The position numbers and the translations under genes are program-made. DNA of 64,000 nt, from the NCBI GenBank assembly GCA_038207085.1, contig JBBRAE010000013.1, positions 8,444-72,443 on the forward strand, in the 5' to 3' direction. The stretch comes from Armatimonadota bacterium. GTDB taxonomy: Bacteria > Armatimonadota > UBA5829 > DTLH01. Shown here in pieces: positions 9,007 through 19,608 of the stretch (positions are counted from its first letter, which is position 1; the number at the start of each line of letters is the position of its first letter). The notes under the pieces were generated by a model. The model had not been told where the DNA came from and ran no database searches. It saw only the letters and a program-made list of their open reading frames with translations.

Positions 9007-9921
9007 TTGAAAAGCATTCTTGAAAGAGTCGCCGCTGGAGAAGTTCTTATCTCCGACGGCGCGATGGGAACATTTCTGCAGGCCAAGGGTCTGCAGCCGG
9101 GCGAGTGCCCCGAGTCCTGGTGCGTGCTGCGCCCTGAGGACGTGAAAAGCGTAGCCGATGCATACGTCGCGGCTGGCTGCGATATGATCGAAACCGACAG
9201 CTTCGGCGGCACCTGCTACAAGCTGCGCGAGTATGGGCTTGAGGACAAGGTTGCCGACTACAATCGTGCCGCTGCACAGATTGCGAAGTCTTCTATCGGC
9301 GACAAGGGCTACGTGATTGCGTCGATCGGCCCCACGGGTCAGATCGTAGAGGACGAAGGCGGTATGGTCACCCCTGAAGGCCTTTACAACGCCTTCAAAG
9401 AGCAGGCTGTTGCGCTTGAAGAAGGTGGAGCAGACGCACTCTGCCTCGAAACGATGTCGAGCGTCACCGAGGCCGTACAGGCCATCAAAGCCGCGAAAGA
9501 GAACACGAAGCTACCCGTGATCTGCACGTTCACCTTCGAGCCGGGAGCCCGCGGGTTCCGCACGATGATGGGAACCGACCCAGCGACAGCCGTAACTGCT
9601 GCAGTTGAGGCGGGAGCTGATGTCGTCGGAGCAAACTGCGGAAACGGCATCGACAACATGATCCAGATCACCAAGGATATGCGCGCGGCCGTCCCGAACA
9701 CTCCTATACTCATCCACGCCAACGCCGGAATGCCTGTATTTGAAGACGGCAAGACCCTGTTCAAAGACACTCCCGAGCAGATGGCAGGAAAGGTCCAGGA
9801 GCTAGTCGCCGCCGGTGCGAATATCATCGGTGGATGCTGTGGCACCAACCCCAACCACATCGCCGCAATGGCCGAAGCCGCACGTGGCAACGGTGGCTGC
9901 GGTTGCTGCTGTAATCACTAA
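9007..9921 (+). CDS. Stand-alone homocysteine S-methyltransferase domain (MetH N-terminal/BHMT fold) with a Cys-rich tail
   Basis: SDGAMGT, GANCG, ANAGMP, IIGGCCGT Zn motifs; TTG start after ggagg; ends GCGCCCNH. Confidence 0.9.
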   Translation: MKSILERVAAGEVLISDGAMGTFLQAKGLQPGECPESWCVLRPEDVKSVADAYVAAGCDMIETDSFGGTCYKLREYGLEDKVADYNRAAAQIAKSSIGDKGYVIASIGPTGQIVEDEGGMVTPEGLYNAFKEQAVALEEGGADALCLETMSSVTEAVQAIKAAKENTKLPVICTFTFEPGARGFRTMMGTDPATAVTAAVEAGADVVGANCGNGIDNMIQITKDMRAAVPNTPILIHANAGMPVFEDGKTLFKDTPEQMAGKVQELVAAGANIIGGCCGTNPNHIAAMAEAARGNGGCGCCCNH

Positions 9922-9929
9922 TTACCTTG

Positions 9930-9956
9930 TGGAGGTGGGTAATCAGCCCACCTCCA
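9930..9956. terminator. Stem-loop after the acs operon, between convergent genes
   Basis: tggaggtggg-taatcag-cccacctcca; a second hairpin lies at ~10013-10040. Confidence 0.6.
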
Positions 9957-10054
9957 GCTATATTCTTCGCCAGATCAAAGTGTGTGTCTGAAACGGGAAA
10001 CGCGTCAATACGTAGTGTCCGGTCGCTGTGCAGGACACTATGAGAGATGAGAAG

Positions 10055-11176
10055 TCAGACGCCCAGAACAAGATTATCCCTGTGGATCACCTCGTCAAAG
10101 TCCTTGCCCCCGAGAATCTGCTCGATTTCGGAAGTCTGTTTGCCGGCGATCTGGCGAATCTCTGCGGCGCTGTAGTTTGCGAAGCCACGGGCGATTCGCT
10201 TGCCGCCTTCGTCGGATACAGCGATAAGGTCGCCGGGCTTGAACGTGCCGGTCACATCAGTGATCCCCGCCGGGAGCAGGCTTTTGCCGCCAGTGACGAG
10301 CATATTCTTCGCGCCTTCGTTTACTACGACGGTCCCGCGGATTTGGGAAGAGAAGGCGATCCAGCGCTTTCGACTGGAAAGAAGTTTCAGACTTGGAGCA
10401 AACCTTGTACCGACTGAGAGGCCTTTGACGACTTCGGCGATGACGTTTTCTCGCCGCCCATCGGCTATCACCATCTCGACGCCGGATTTGTTCGCGATTT
10501 CAGCGGCGTCTAGCTTGGTGCGCATTCCGCCTGTTCCGGCGTCGCCCTGCGCGTCTCCGGCGATGGCGCGAATCTCAGGGGTAATCGCACGCACCTCAGG
10601 GATCAGTTTGCAGCCCGGGAGCTTTGGGTCACGGTCGCAGAGGCCGGGAACGTCGGATAGGAGAATCAGAAGATCGGCACGAAGGCCCGATGCGACGAGC
10701 GCGGCGAGCGTGTCGTTGTCACCGAACTTGATCTCCTCGATTGCGACGGTGTCGTTTTCGTTGATGATCGGCACGCACCCGTATTCGAGCAGCATATTCA
10801 TGGTGTTGCGGGCGTTCAGGTAGCGGGCGCGGTGCTTGAGGTCGTCGCGGGTTAGGAGAATCTGGGCCGCCGCGATTCCAGATTCGCTAAAAACCTCGGA
10901 ATAGGTGTGCATCAAGAGGCCCTGGCCGATGGCTGCCGCTGCTTGCTTCTCAGGGATGGTCTTCGGTCGCCCGTCGATGTTCAGGCGCTCGCGACCCGCA
11001 CGAATCGCCCCTGAACTGACGAGCACGCACTCCATCCCCGACTGCACCTGATGCGAAATCTGCTCGACCAGGCTTCTGATATATGCCCGGTCGATCTTGC
11101 CGCTGCCGTCGGTCAGCGTGCTCGTGCCGACCTTGATTACGATTCTTTTTGACCCGTTATTCTGCGTCTTCGTCAT
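10055..11176 (-). CDS. proB: Glutamate 5-kinase
   Basis: VIKVGTS, VSSGA, INENDT, FGDNDTL, GTGGMRTK and a C-terminal PUA domain; start at ATG 11176 overlapping the obgE end. Confidence 0.96.
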   Translation of the reverse strand: MTKTQNNGSKRIVIKVGTSTLTDGSGKIDRAYIRSLVEQISHQVQSGMECVLVSSGAIRAGRERLNIDGRPKTIPEKQAAAAIGQGLLMHTYSEVFSESGIAAAQILLTRDDLKHRARYLNARNTMNMLLEYGCVPIINENDTVAIEEIKFGDNDTLAALVASGLRADLLILLSDVPGLCDRDPKLPGCKLIPEVRAITPEIRAIAGDAQGDAGTGGMRTKLDAAEIANKSGVEMVIADGRRENVIAEVVKGLSVGTRFAPSLKLLSSRKRWIAFSSQIRGTVVVNEGAKNMLVTGGKSLLPAGITDVTGTFKPGDLIAVSDEGGKRIARGFANYSAAEIRQIAGKQTSEIEQILGGKDFDEVIHRDNLVLGV

Positions 11177-12452
11177 AAAAGTCGAACTCGATATTCCTGA
11201 TTTTGACCGTATCCCCGTCCTGCGCACCGGCTTCTCGGAGCGCCTTGATGACACCCATACGGTCGAGCTGGCGATGCAGCCGCCGGAACGCGAACTCGTT
11301 GGCGACGTTTGTGCGAGCGATCACGAGCTCCACTGGCTTGCCTTCAACCACAAATTCGTTGGGAGCCGTCTTCTTGACCTCCCACGTCTCAGGCTCAGAT
11401 TCGACTGTGAACGTAATCACATCGTCCTCTTGCGCCTGGTGGCGCGGACCAAGACGTTCGACGTGCTCGCCGATGTCATAGACAAGCTCTTGAAGGCCGT
11501 GTCCCGTAACAGCGGAGATAAGATGAACCGACTCGTAGCCCTTCTCACGAACAGCACGAACGAGTTCGGCTTTCATCTCCTCATCCCCGTTGACATCGCT
11601 TTTGTTGAGCGCGACTATTTGGGGCAGCTCACCAAGCCTCGGGTTAAACTGCGTAAGCTCCGAATTGATGATGTCGAAGTCCTGGAGCGCGTCGCGCCCC
11701 GTCGTGCCTGAAATGTCGAGTATGTGCACGAGCAGCCTCGTTCGCTCGATGTGCCGCAGGAACTGATGCCCGAGCCCCGCACCCTGATGAGCGCCTTCGA
11801 TCAGCCCCGGCATATCGGCGACCACGAACGAGCGGTTATCGTCAACCCGGACGACTCCGAGGTTCGGGATGAGCGTCGTAAACGGATAATCGGCGATCTT
11901 CGGCCTTGCAGCTGAGATACGACTGATCACGGTCGACTTGCCTACGTTCGGAAAACCTACGAGGCCCACGTCTGCAAGAAGCTTCAGCTCCATGGCGAGA
12001 GTGCGCTCTTCGCCAGGGTCGCCGTTCTCGGAAAATCTAGGAGTCTGCATCGTGGAGGTCGCGAACTGGGCGTTGCCGCGTCCGCCTCTTCCACCATGGA
12101 CCGACGTAAACACCTGACCGTCTTCCACGAGGTCCGCGAGCACCTGCTCGGTGTCCTTGTCGCGAATGATGGTCCCAACAGGCACTTTCAGGAACAGGTC
12201 ACTGGCCTTTTTGCCGCTCATGTTGTTCTGACCACCGTCACCGCCGCGATCGGCGTGGTAGTGCTTGTGGTAGCGAAGGTCGACGAGCGTGTTCAGGCGC
12301 TGATCGGCGGTGATCACGATATCCCCGCCTTTGCCACCGTCACCACCTGCCGGACCGCCCCTGGGCATGAACTTCTCGCGCCGAAAAGCGACGACACCGT
12401 GCCCGCCGTCTCCAGCTTTAACAAATATTTCCGCTTGATCTACAAATTGCAT
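11157..12452 (-). CDS. obgE: GTPase ObgE
   Basis: FVDQAEIFVKAGDGG, GFPNVGKST, YPFTT, DMPGL, NKSD, C-terminal GDTVKI..IEF domain. Confidence 0.98.
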   Translation of the reverse strand: MQFVDQAEIFVKAGDGGHGVVAFRREKFMPRGGPAGGDGGKGGDIVITADQRLNTLVDLRYHKHYHADRGGDGGQNNMSGKKASDLFLKVPVGTIIRDKDTEQVLADLVEDGQVFTSVHGGRGGRGNAQFATSTMQTPRFSENGDPGEERTLAMELKLLADVGLVGFPNVGKSTVISRISAARPKIADYPFTTLIPNLGVVRVDDNRSFVVADMPGLIEGAHQGAGLGHQFLRHIERTRLLVHILDISGTTGRDALQDFDIINSELTQFNPRLGELPQIVALNKSDVNGDEEMKAELVRAVREKGYESVHLISAVTGHGLQELVYDIGEHVERLGPRHQAQEDDVITFTVESEPETWEVKKTAPNEFVVEGKPVELVIARTNVANEFAFRRLHRQLDRMGVIKALREAGAQDGDTVKIRNIEFDFYDEDAE

Positions 12453-12518
12453 AACAGTAATTTATACCTCAGATCGGAGACTATTGTAACACAAACAGGC
12501 AGGGATGAGGAAATTTGG

Positions 12519-12589
12519 GTTCAGAGTGGAGATTTCAGAGTGCAGAGCAGGGAAATGACTCCCGTCGCTCTGCACTCTGAACTCTGAAC
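12519..12589. repeat. Intergenic hairpin of 7-nt units (TTCAGAG/CTCTGAA)
   Basis: gttcagagtggagatttcagagtgcagagc ... gctctgcactctgaactctgaac. Confidence 0.75.
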
Positions 12590-14382
12590 TATAGCGCCCA
12601 GGGGTGGGTGATTTTCGGGGTATTGGCGTAGCGTTTCATAGAGACGACTAGCCGCTGTCCCGCGCCGGGGGCGATCTTCACGGTAAACGTCCTGCCGTTC
12701 ACGGGAACGCTCTTGCCGCCATCGGGCTTGACTGAGAGTATCTGGTGTTCACCATAAGCGCCGCCCTGGACGATGACAGTATGCTCTTTGCCGCTGCTGG
12801 TGTTTACGAGCACGAGCGTCGCAGAGTCGTCGGCAAGCTTCTCAACAAGTGCAGCGCAGTCCTCGCTTATGCCGGGACGCTTGCGCTCGGGGTCCAGGTA
12901 GAAGAATCTGGTTATGAGAAGCTGACCCTGCCATCGGGGCATGACTCCTCCAGTCATCGCGTTCACGAGCGACCCGCAAGCACCGCCGCTGGGCGAACTG
13001 GGTAGCTCGGGGTCGACACCTTTCGCAGCGGCTTGCTTTACGAGCTCAAAGCTTGATTTGGCCTGCTCTAGCTGCTTAGTGATATACTCGACAGGCCAAG
13101 TGGGATTCTTGCCTTGAAGATATGCGAACCACTCGGCTTCGTGTCCAGCTTCAAAGTCGTCGCTATAGGTGGTCGCGCCGGTAAGCATTGAGCGCTCGTT
13201 AATGCGATCAAGATCGGCCTGTTTCATGCTGGCGAGATAGGTGTTGGCAAGTATCGTGGAGTAGAGCCCGCCGTGCTTGAAGTCGCCCCAAGTGTAGTCG
13301 TTGAACCCGGCTGCGTTGATGCCGCCCGGAACGCCCAGCACAGTTCCGTTGTCATCGATATACCGATGCTTCCAGAGCGTGTCCCCAAGCATTCGCCAGT
13401 TGTCGTAGTAGCTTGTGTCGCCCGTCAAGAGGAGACCGTTGGACCAGCCGGCGTTCGGGCCGGAGAGCACGACCAGCAGCCCGCCGAAGCGCGCGGTAGG
13501 GCGGTCCCAACCGAGGATGCCAGCCCACCAGTCCTCGGGAATAGAGCCGTCCCGGTTTACGTTGGTAGGCATTATGCCGCCGTTTGCCTTGCAGCGATCG
13601 CGCCACGCGTTGACATAGTCGACGGTCATCGTCCGGTAGTGTTCGTCGCCTGTGAGCAGGAACGCGTTTGTGGTAAGGCAGGTATAGATTAGGCTTGCAG
13701 GGCCTTCATATGCGTAGTCGGTGTCAGGGAGCCAGAAGTTGGTGACTTTCGGGTCGAACTGCTCCTTCTTCTCAACTGCTCCTCGACCACCCGACAAGAT
13801 GCTCTTCATCGTTTTGGTCTTGGGGTCATAGTTCTGAACGAGCGTGCCCTGACCATCGTAGAACGAGGCGAACTTGAGCGCGAGCCGTCGGTACTCGGGG
13901 TCGTCGGACATTGCAAGCGCCGACATGAAGAATCCCTCGTAGCCCTGGCCCATGTGGTTTGCGTCGTGGCAGGTGAGAAACTCGTTGGTGCAGAACCCCT
14001 GCTCGGTCATCTGATCGAGTCCCGCACGCCAAACTCTCCACCACTGGTCTTTGATCGATGAGTCCCCGCCGAGCGCGTAGATGAGCGGCCACTTATACAT
14101 CAAGGTGAACACCCCGTGCGGGTGCTGCGCGTTCTTGCCCTGGGTGTCGTATTTGCCCCTGACATACCCATTGGGAAGCGTGAAAGTCTTGGCGTTAAGC
14201 TCTATCACTTTGGCGTTGATATCGAGCAGTTCCCGCTCTTTCAGCGCCCACTCAGGGGCAGGCATCGGGCTTGAGATCGATACTATGGGTGTCATAGGCC
14301 TTTCAACCCCTGCCTGGGAAGCCGCACAGGACATCCCTGATATTACGGCTAATCCAGTCATTACCAGCTTGGATACACTCAT
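12589..14382 (-). CDS. Exported protein of unknown function, paralogue of 14413-16200
   Basis: Signal-like N-terminus; shares WA.KERE.LD.N.K, DPEYRRLALKFASFYDG, NAWRDR.KANGGI.P and Q.GAY.EHQ with the neighbour; alternative GTG start at 14397. Confidence 0.85.
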   Translation of the reverse strand: MSVSKLVMTGLAVISGMSCAASQAGVERPMTPIVSISSPMPAPEWALKERELLDINAKVIELNAKTFTLPNGYVRGKYDTQGKNAQHPHGVFTLMYKWPLIYALGGDSSIKDQWWRVWRAGLDQMTEQGFCTNEFLTCHDANHMGQGYEGFFMSALAMSDDPEYRRLALKFASFYDGQGTLVQNYDPKTKTMKSILSGGRGAVEKKEQFDPKVTNFWLPDTDYAYEGPASLIYTCLTTNAFLLTGDEHYRTMTVDYVNAWRDRCKANGGIMPTNVNRDGSIPEDWWAGILGWDRPTARFGGLLVVLSGPNAGWSNGLLLTGDTSYYDNWRMLGDTLWKHRYIDDNGTVLGVPGGINAAGFNDYTWGDFKHGGLYSTILANTYLASMKQADLDRINERSMLTGATTYSDDFEAGHEAEWFAYLQGKNPTWPVEYITKQLEQAKSSFELVKQAAAKGVDPELPSSPSGGACGSLVNAMTGGVMPRWQGQLLITRFFYLDPERKRPGISEDCAALVEKLADDSATLVLVNTSSGKEHTVIVQGGAYGEHQILSVKPDGGKSVPVNGRTFTVKIAPGAGQRLVVSMKRYANTPKITHPWAL

Positions 14383-14412
14383 TCGAACAGAACCCACCTT
14401 TCAGCTCGAAGC

Positions 14413-16200
14413 TCATTTGCCCCAAGGCATCCGAAGCGTAGGAGCGTTTGCATACCTCTTCATTGAGACGACGAAACGCTTGCCTGATTGCGGCGCAAGC
14501 TTTACCGCGAACAAAGTTCCGTTAACCTTGACCGATGAGCCACCTTCAGGCTTTACAGACAGGCACTGATGCTCAGCGTAGGCCCCGGTCTGCACAAGCA
14601 CGGTGTGCTCTGTCGTCGGACTAGTGTTGACCAGCATGAGCGTCGCCGAATCATCTGACATAGACTCAATCATCGCCGCGCAGTCCGCAGTGATTCCCAT
14701 TTTCTTCTGTTCGGGGTCGAAGTAACGGAACCTCGCGAGAAGCGGCTGACCGTTCCATTTCGGCACTACAGCGCCCATCATCAGGTGGACGAGCGGACCA
14801 CACCAGCCTACGCCGGTGGCATTGGATCTTTCTGTGTGCTGGCCTGCTGCGATCTCCTTTACGAGAGTTTCGTTGGTTTTCTTGCAGTTGTCGATGAGCT
14901 TATCCAAAGACTTGTCGACCCACTCAGGGTTCTTGCCAGCAAGCCACCTGATCCAGTCGAACTCGTACCCGATTTCGTAGAACTCCCCGAAGCCGGCTAT
15001 GCTTACGAGCATAGAGCGCTCCAGACAGCGACTCAGGTCTTCTTTCTTCATTGTGGCGAGGTAGATGTTGGTCATCACCTGGCTGTAGACGCCTTGACCA
15101 TCGCCGTACCACGGAGTTCCGTACCAGCCGAGGTCGCTGCTGTAGCGCGCCGGGAAGTTGGTGACCTCTCCCTTGTCGTTGGTGTAGCGGTTCTTCCACC
15201 ACTCATCGGCCATATGTCTCCAGTTGTCCCAGTAGGAGGTGTCGCCCGAGAGAAGCGTGCCGTTTGACCATCCCGCAGTAGGCCCTGCCGTGACGACGAA
15301 CCCGCCCGTGAACTTGTCAGAGGTCCAGCCAAGGACCCCTCCCCACCAGTCATCGGGAATAGTGCCGTCGAGCCTGACTTTGGTCGGGACAATGCCTCCG
15401 TTAGCCTTTGTCCGGTCGCGCCATGCGTTGATATAGTCGAGAGCGACCTTCTTGTAGCGTACGTCACCTGTCATCGCGTAGGCATTGGTCAAGAAGCAGG
15501 TCGTAGTCATATTGGCCGGCGATTCAAAGGCGTAGTCCTCAACGGCTGTCCAATATTTGGTGTGTACGGGGTCGAACTTCGAGTTATCGAGCAGTGGGCC
15601 GTTGCCTCCGTGCATGGCACTTCGCATGACTTTATGAACGGGGTCATAGTTTGGGACCTCGGGGTTTGATCCGTCATAGAACGACGCGAACTTGAGAGCG
15701 AGCCTGCGGTATTCGGGGTCATCGAACATCATCAGCGCGCCGTTGAAGAAGTTACCGTACTGCTCTCCGATATGGTAGCCTTCCATGCTCTTAATGAACT
15801 CGTTGACGTAGAACCCTTCCTCAGTGCACTGGGAGACGTTGCCTTTGATGGCTTTCCACCAGACTTCGCGAACAGGCTCTCCTGCGCCCAGAATATAGAC
15901 AATCGGCAGCTTGAAGAACGTTTCGTAGTAATCGTCGGGTGACTGTCCACCGCCGACACCATATTTCATACACCTGTGGCCATTAGGGAGCAGATACGCC
16001 TTGTCCCAAAGCTCTACGGCCTTGGTGTTCAAATCGAGGATCTCGCGCTCTTTGACGGCCCACGACGGCGTAACCATCTCTGTGTCCACATTAATGGTCG
16101 GAACGCCCTTCACGGGCTCACAGCGGGCCTCTCCGTGCGACGGGACGACGGCAATGCCGAGGAGCAAAACTAAAACCAGACTACACACAACTTCGTTCAC
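14413..16200 (-). CDS. Exported protein of unknown function (probably a helical-barrel enzyme)
   Basis: GTG start with ggagg RBS; hydrophobic signal peptide; full-length similarity to the downstream paralogue. Confidence 0.87.
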   Translation of the reverse strand: MNEVVCSLVLVLLLGIAVVPSHGEARCEPVKGVPTINVDTEMVTPSWAVKEREILDLNTKAVELWDKAYLLPNGHRCMKYGVGGGQSPDDYYETFFKLPIVYILGAGEPVREVWWKAIKGNVSQCTEEGFYVNEFIKSMEGYHIGEQYGNFFNGALMMFDDPEYRRLALKFASFYDGSNPEVPNYDPVHKVMRSAMHGGNGPLLDNSKFDPVHTKYWTAVEDYAFESPANMTTTCFLTNAYAMTGDVRYKKVALDYINAWRDRTKANGGIVPTKVRLDGTIPDDWWGGVLGWTSDKFTGGFVVTAGPTAGWSNGTLLSGDTSYWDNWRHMADEWWKNRYTNDKGEVTNFPARYSSDLGWYGTPWYGDGQGVYSQVMTNIYLATMKKEDLSRCLERSMLVSIAGFGEFYEIGYEFDWIRWLAGKNPEWVDKSLDKLIDNCKKTNETLVKEIAAGQHTERSNATGVGWCGPLVHLMMGAVVPKWNGQPLLARFRYFDPEQKKMGITADCAAMIESMSDDSATLMLVNTSPTTEHTVLVQTGAYAEHQCLSVKPEGGSSVKVNGTLFAVKLAPQSGKRFVVSMKRYANAPTLRMPWGK

Positions 16201-16232
16201 AAGTTAACCTCCAGAGAAACAATCTCAACGAA

Positions 16233-16262
16233 ACGATAGTCTCCAAAGCGGGTCTTTGTCAA
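16233..16262 (-). promoter_or_regulatory. Putative sigma70 promoter of the paralogue pair
   Basis: TTGACA-N18-TATCGT. Confidence 0.5.
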
Positions 16263-16317
16263 GTGAATAGTTGATGGGGGTGTATGTGAGAATTATCAGT
16301 AACGGTCAATCGTCATT

Positions 16318-16469
16318 TGGAGTGCGGCTTGCGAGAGTCGCTTTCACAACTCTTCCGGCTGGCGATAATATGGCGCTTGCGCACCTTGCTGTCGCCTGAG
16401 AACAAAGCGGCGATTGCTCGCCGCACTCCACGTAAAGGCCGTTTGTCGCCGACAATCTTTACATGCACT
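16318..16469. repeat. Family-3 repeat (113-bp TGGAGTGCGG...CCGCACTCCA core plus a 22-bp tail)
   Basis: Close reverse-complement match to 58919-59059. Confidence 0.9.
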
Positions 16470-16516
16470 CATTGTTCAGACTGCGTAAGTGCCATCACGA
16501 GTGGATGGCCCTGGAA

Positions 16517-18073
16517 TTACAAAATTACTGAGGCTTTTGCAAGGCTCACCACGGGACCAGCGGCAAGGCAGATCGCAAACGTGAGTATTAGCATTAAGAT
16601 GATGGTTGCCCTGAGGGGCTTGGAAAGACCGATCGGGCTCTTTGCTTCGCCCTCGTTCATAAACATCAATCGAACTACGTTGAAGTAGTAGTAGACCGAT
16701 ATTACGCTGTTCGCTACGGCGATTATTGCAAGTATCAGAAGGTCCTTTTGTCCAGTCTGGATGGCTCCGGCGAAGACATACAGCTTGCCGAGGAACCCGG
16801 CGGTCGGCGGCATGCCTGCAAGCGACAGGAAGAAGACCACCATAGACGCAGCCAGGAATGGAGAACGCTTCATCAGGCCGACATAGGCTGCGAGGTCGCT
16901 TGAGCCAGTCTTTCGCTCGACGGCGATCACTACGGCGAATGCTCCAAGGTTCATAAACAGGTAGCTTGCCGCATAGATCAGCAGTCCCGCCAGCCCGAAG
17001 TTCGCGGGGTTGTTGTGCGAAGCGGCTGCGGCCAAAAGACCGATCAGCATATACCCGACCTGCGCGATGCTTGAATAGGCCAGCATTCGCTTGATGTTCT
17101 TCTGGGTGATGGCGACCATATTGCCAAGCGTCATACTCACAGCAGACAGCACGAGGATGATCGTGTACCAGTCTACGTCAGAACGCATCGGGACAGCCGT
17201 AAGAAGGAACCGTGCGGCAACTGCAAGGCCAGCCGCTTTGGATGCGACGGAAAGCCACGCCGTGATCGGGGTTGGGGCTCCTTCGTAGGTATCAGGGGCC
17301 CACATATGGAACGGCACAAGCGCGAGCTTGTAGCCGATGCCGGCAAGCACCAGAATGACAGCTGTAAGAGCAGCCGGAGTCGATAACGCCTGCCCACTAG
17401 CCAGAGTCGACGCGATCTGCGCGAGGTTCGTCGTGTTTGTGAGCCCGTAGAGCATGGACATGCCGTAGAGCATCAACGCCGAAGAAAGCGCGCCGAAGAG
17501 GAAATACTTCATCCCCGCTTCGCTTGATTTCGGGTCGTCCTTCCAGTAAGCAGCGAGAACGTAGCTTGCGAGGCTCAAGAATTCGATCGAGAGATAGATC
17601 ATCAATAAATCAGTCGAGCAGGCCAGGAGTATGGCAGCGACTGTGGCGAAGATGAGGAGCGCGAAGTACTCGCCCCGGTTTCTCTGGTTATGGTCGCCGA
17701 AGTACTCAAGCGACATAACCACAACCACGAGCGTGCCGATTATCGCCGCCAGGCTCAGAAACATCGCAAGCGGGTCAAACTGGATCAGATACGCCGGTAA
17801 TGGTGAGCCGGGCTGGCCTCCGACTGGGAACAGCCGCAGCGTCTCCGGGCGTAGAATCGCCGATCTGAGCGCAGCAAAGCCGAATATGACCATCGGCACC
17901 ATAACGGCGATCGACAGGTACTCCGGGGGCATCCAGTGGTTCAACTTGCCCTTTGGGAATCGGTCTGCGATGACGCCGAACATCAGGACGAGCAGACCCG
18001 CTACCGTAAGCATGAGCACCGGCGCAACGCAGATCATTGCCGTGGAGTCTTTGATTAGCTGACTTAAGTCCAT
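16517..18073 (-). CDS. nuoN: NADH-quinone oxidoreductase subunit N
   Basis: EAGMKYF, YKLALVPFHMWAPDTYEGAPTP, KRMLAYSSIAQ, SLAGMPPTAGFLGK. Confidence 0.96.
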   Translation of the reverse strand: MDLSQLIKDSTAMICVAPVLMLTVAGLLVLMFGVIADRFPKGKLNHWMPPEYLSIAVMVPMVIFGFAALRSAILRPETLRLFPVGGQPGSPLPAYLIQFDPLAMFLSLAAIIGTLVVVVMSLEYFGDHNQRNRGEYFALLIFATVAAILLACSTDLLMIYLSIEFLSLASYVLAAYWKDDPKSSEAGMKYFLFGALSSALMLYGMSMLYGLTNTTNLAQIASTLASGQALSTPAALTAVILVLAGIGYKLALVPFHMWAPDTYEGAPTPITAWLSVASKAAGLAVAARFLLTAVPMRSDVDWYTIILVLSAVSMTLGNMVAITQKNIKRMLAYSSIAQVGYMLIGLLAAAASHNNPANFGLAGLLIYAASYLFMNLGAFAVVIAVERKTGSSDLAAYVGLMKRSPFLAASMVVFFLSLAGMPPTAGFLGKLYVFAGAIQTGQKDLLILAIIAVANSVISVYYYFNVVRLMFMNEGEAKSPIGLSKPLRATIILMLILTFAICLAAGPVVSLAKASVIL

Positions 18074-18086
18074 TTGTCCGCCCAGT

Positions 18087-19604
<1,518 letters not shown>

Positions 19605-19608
19605 ATCC

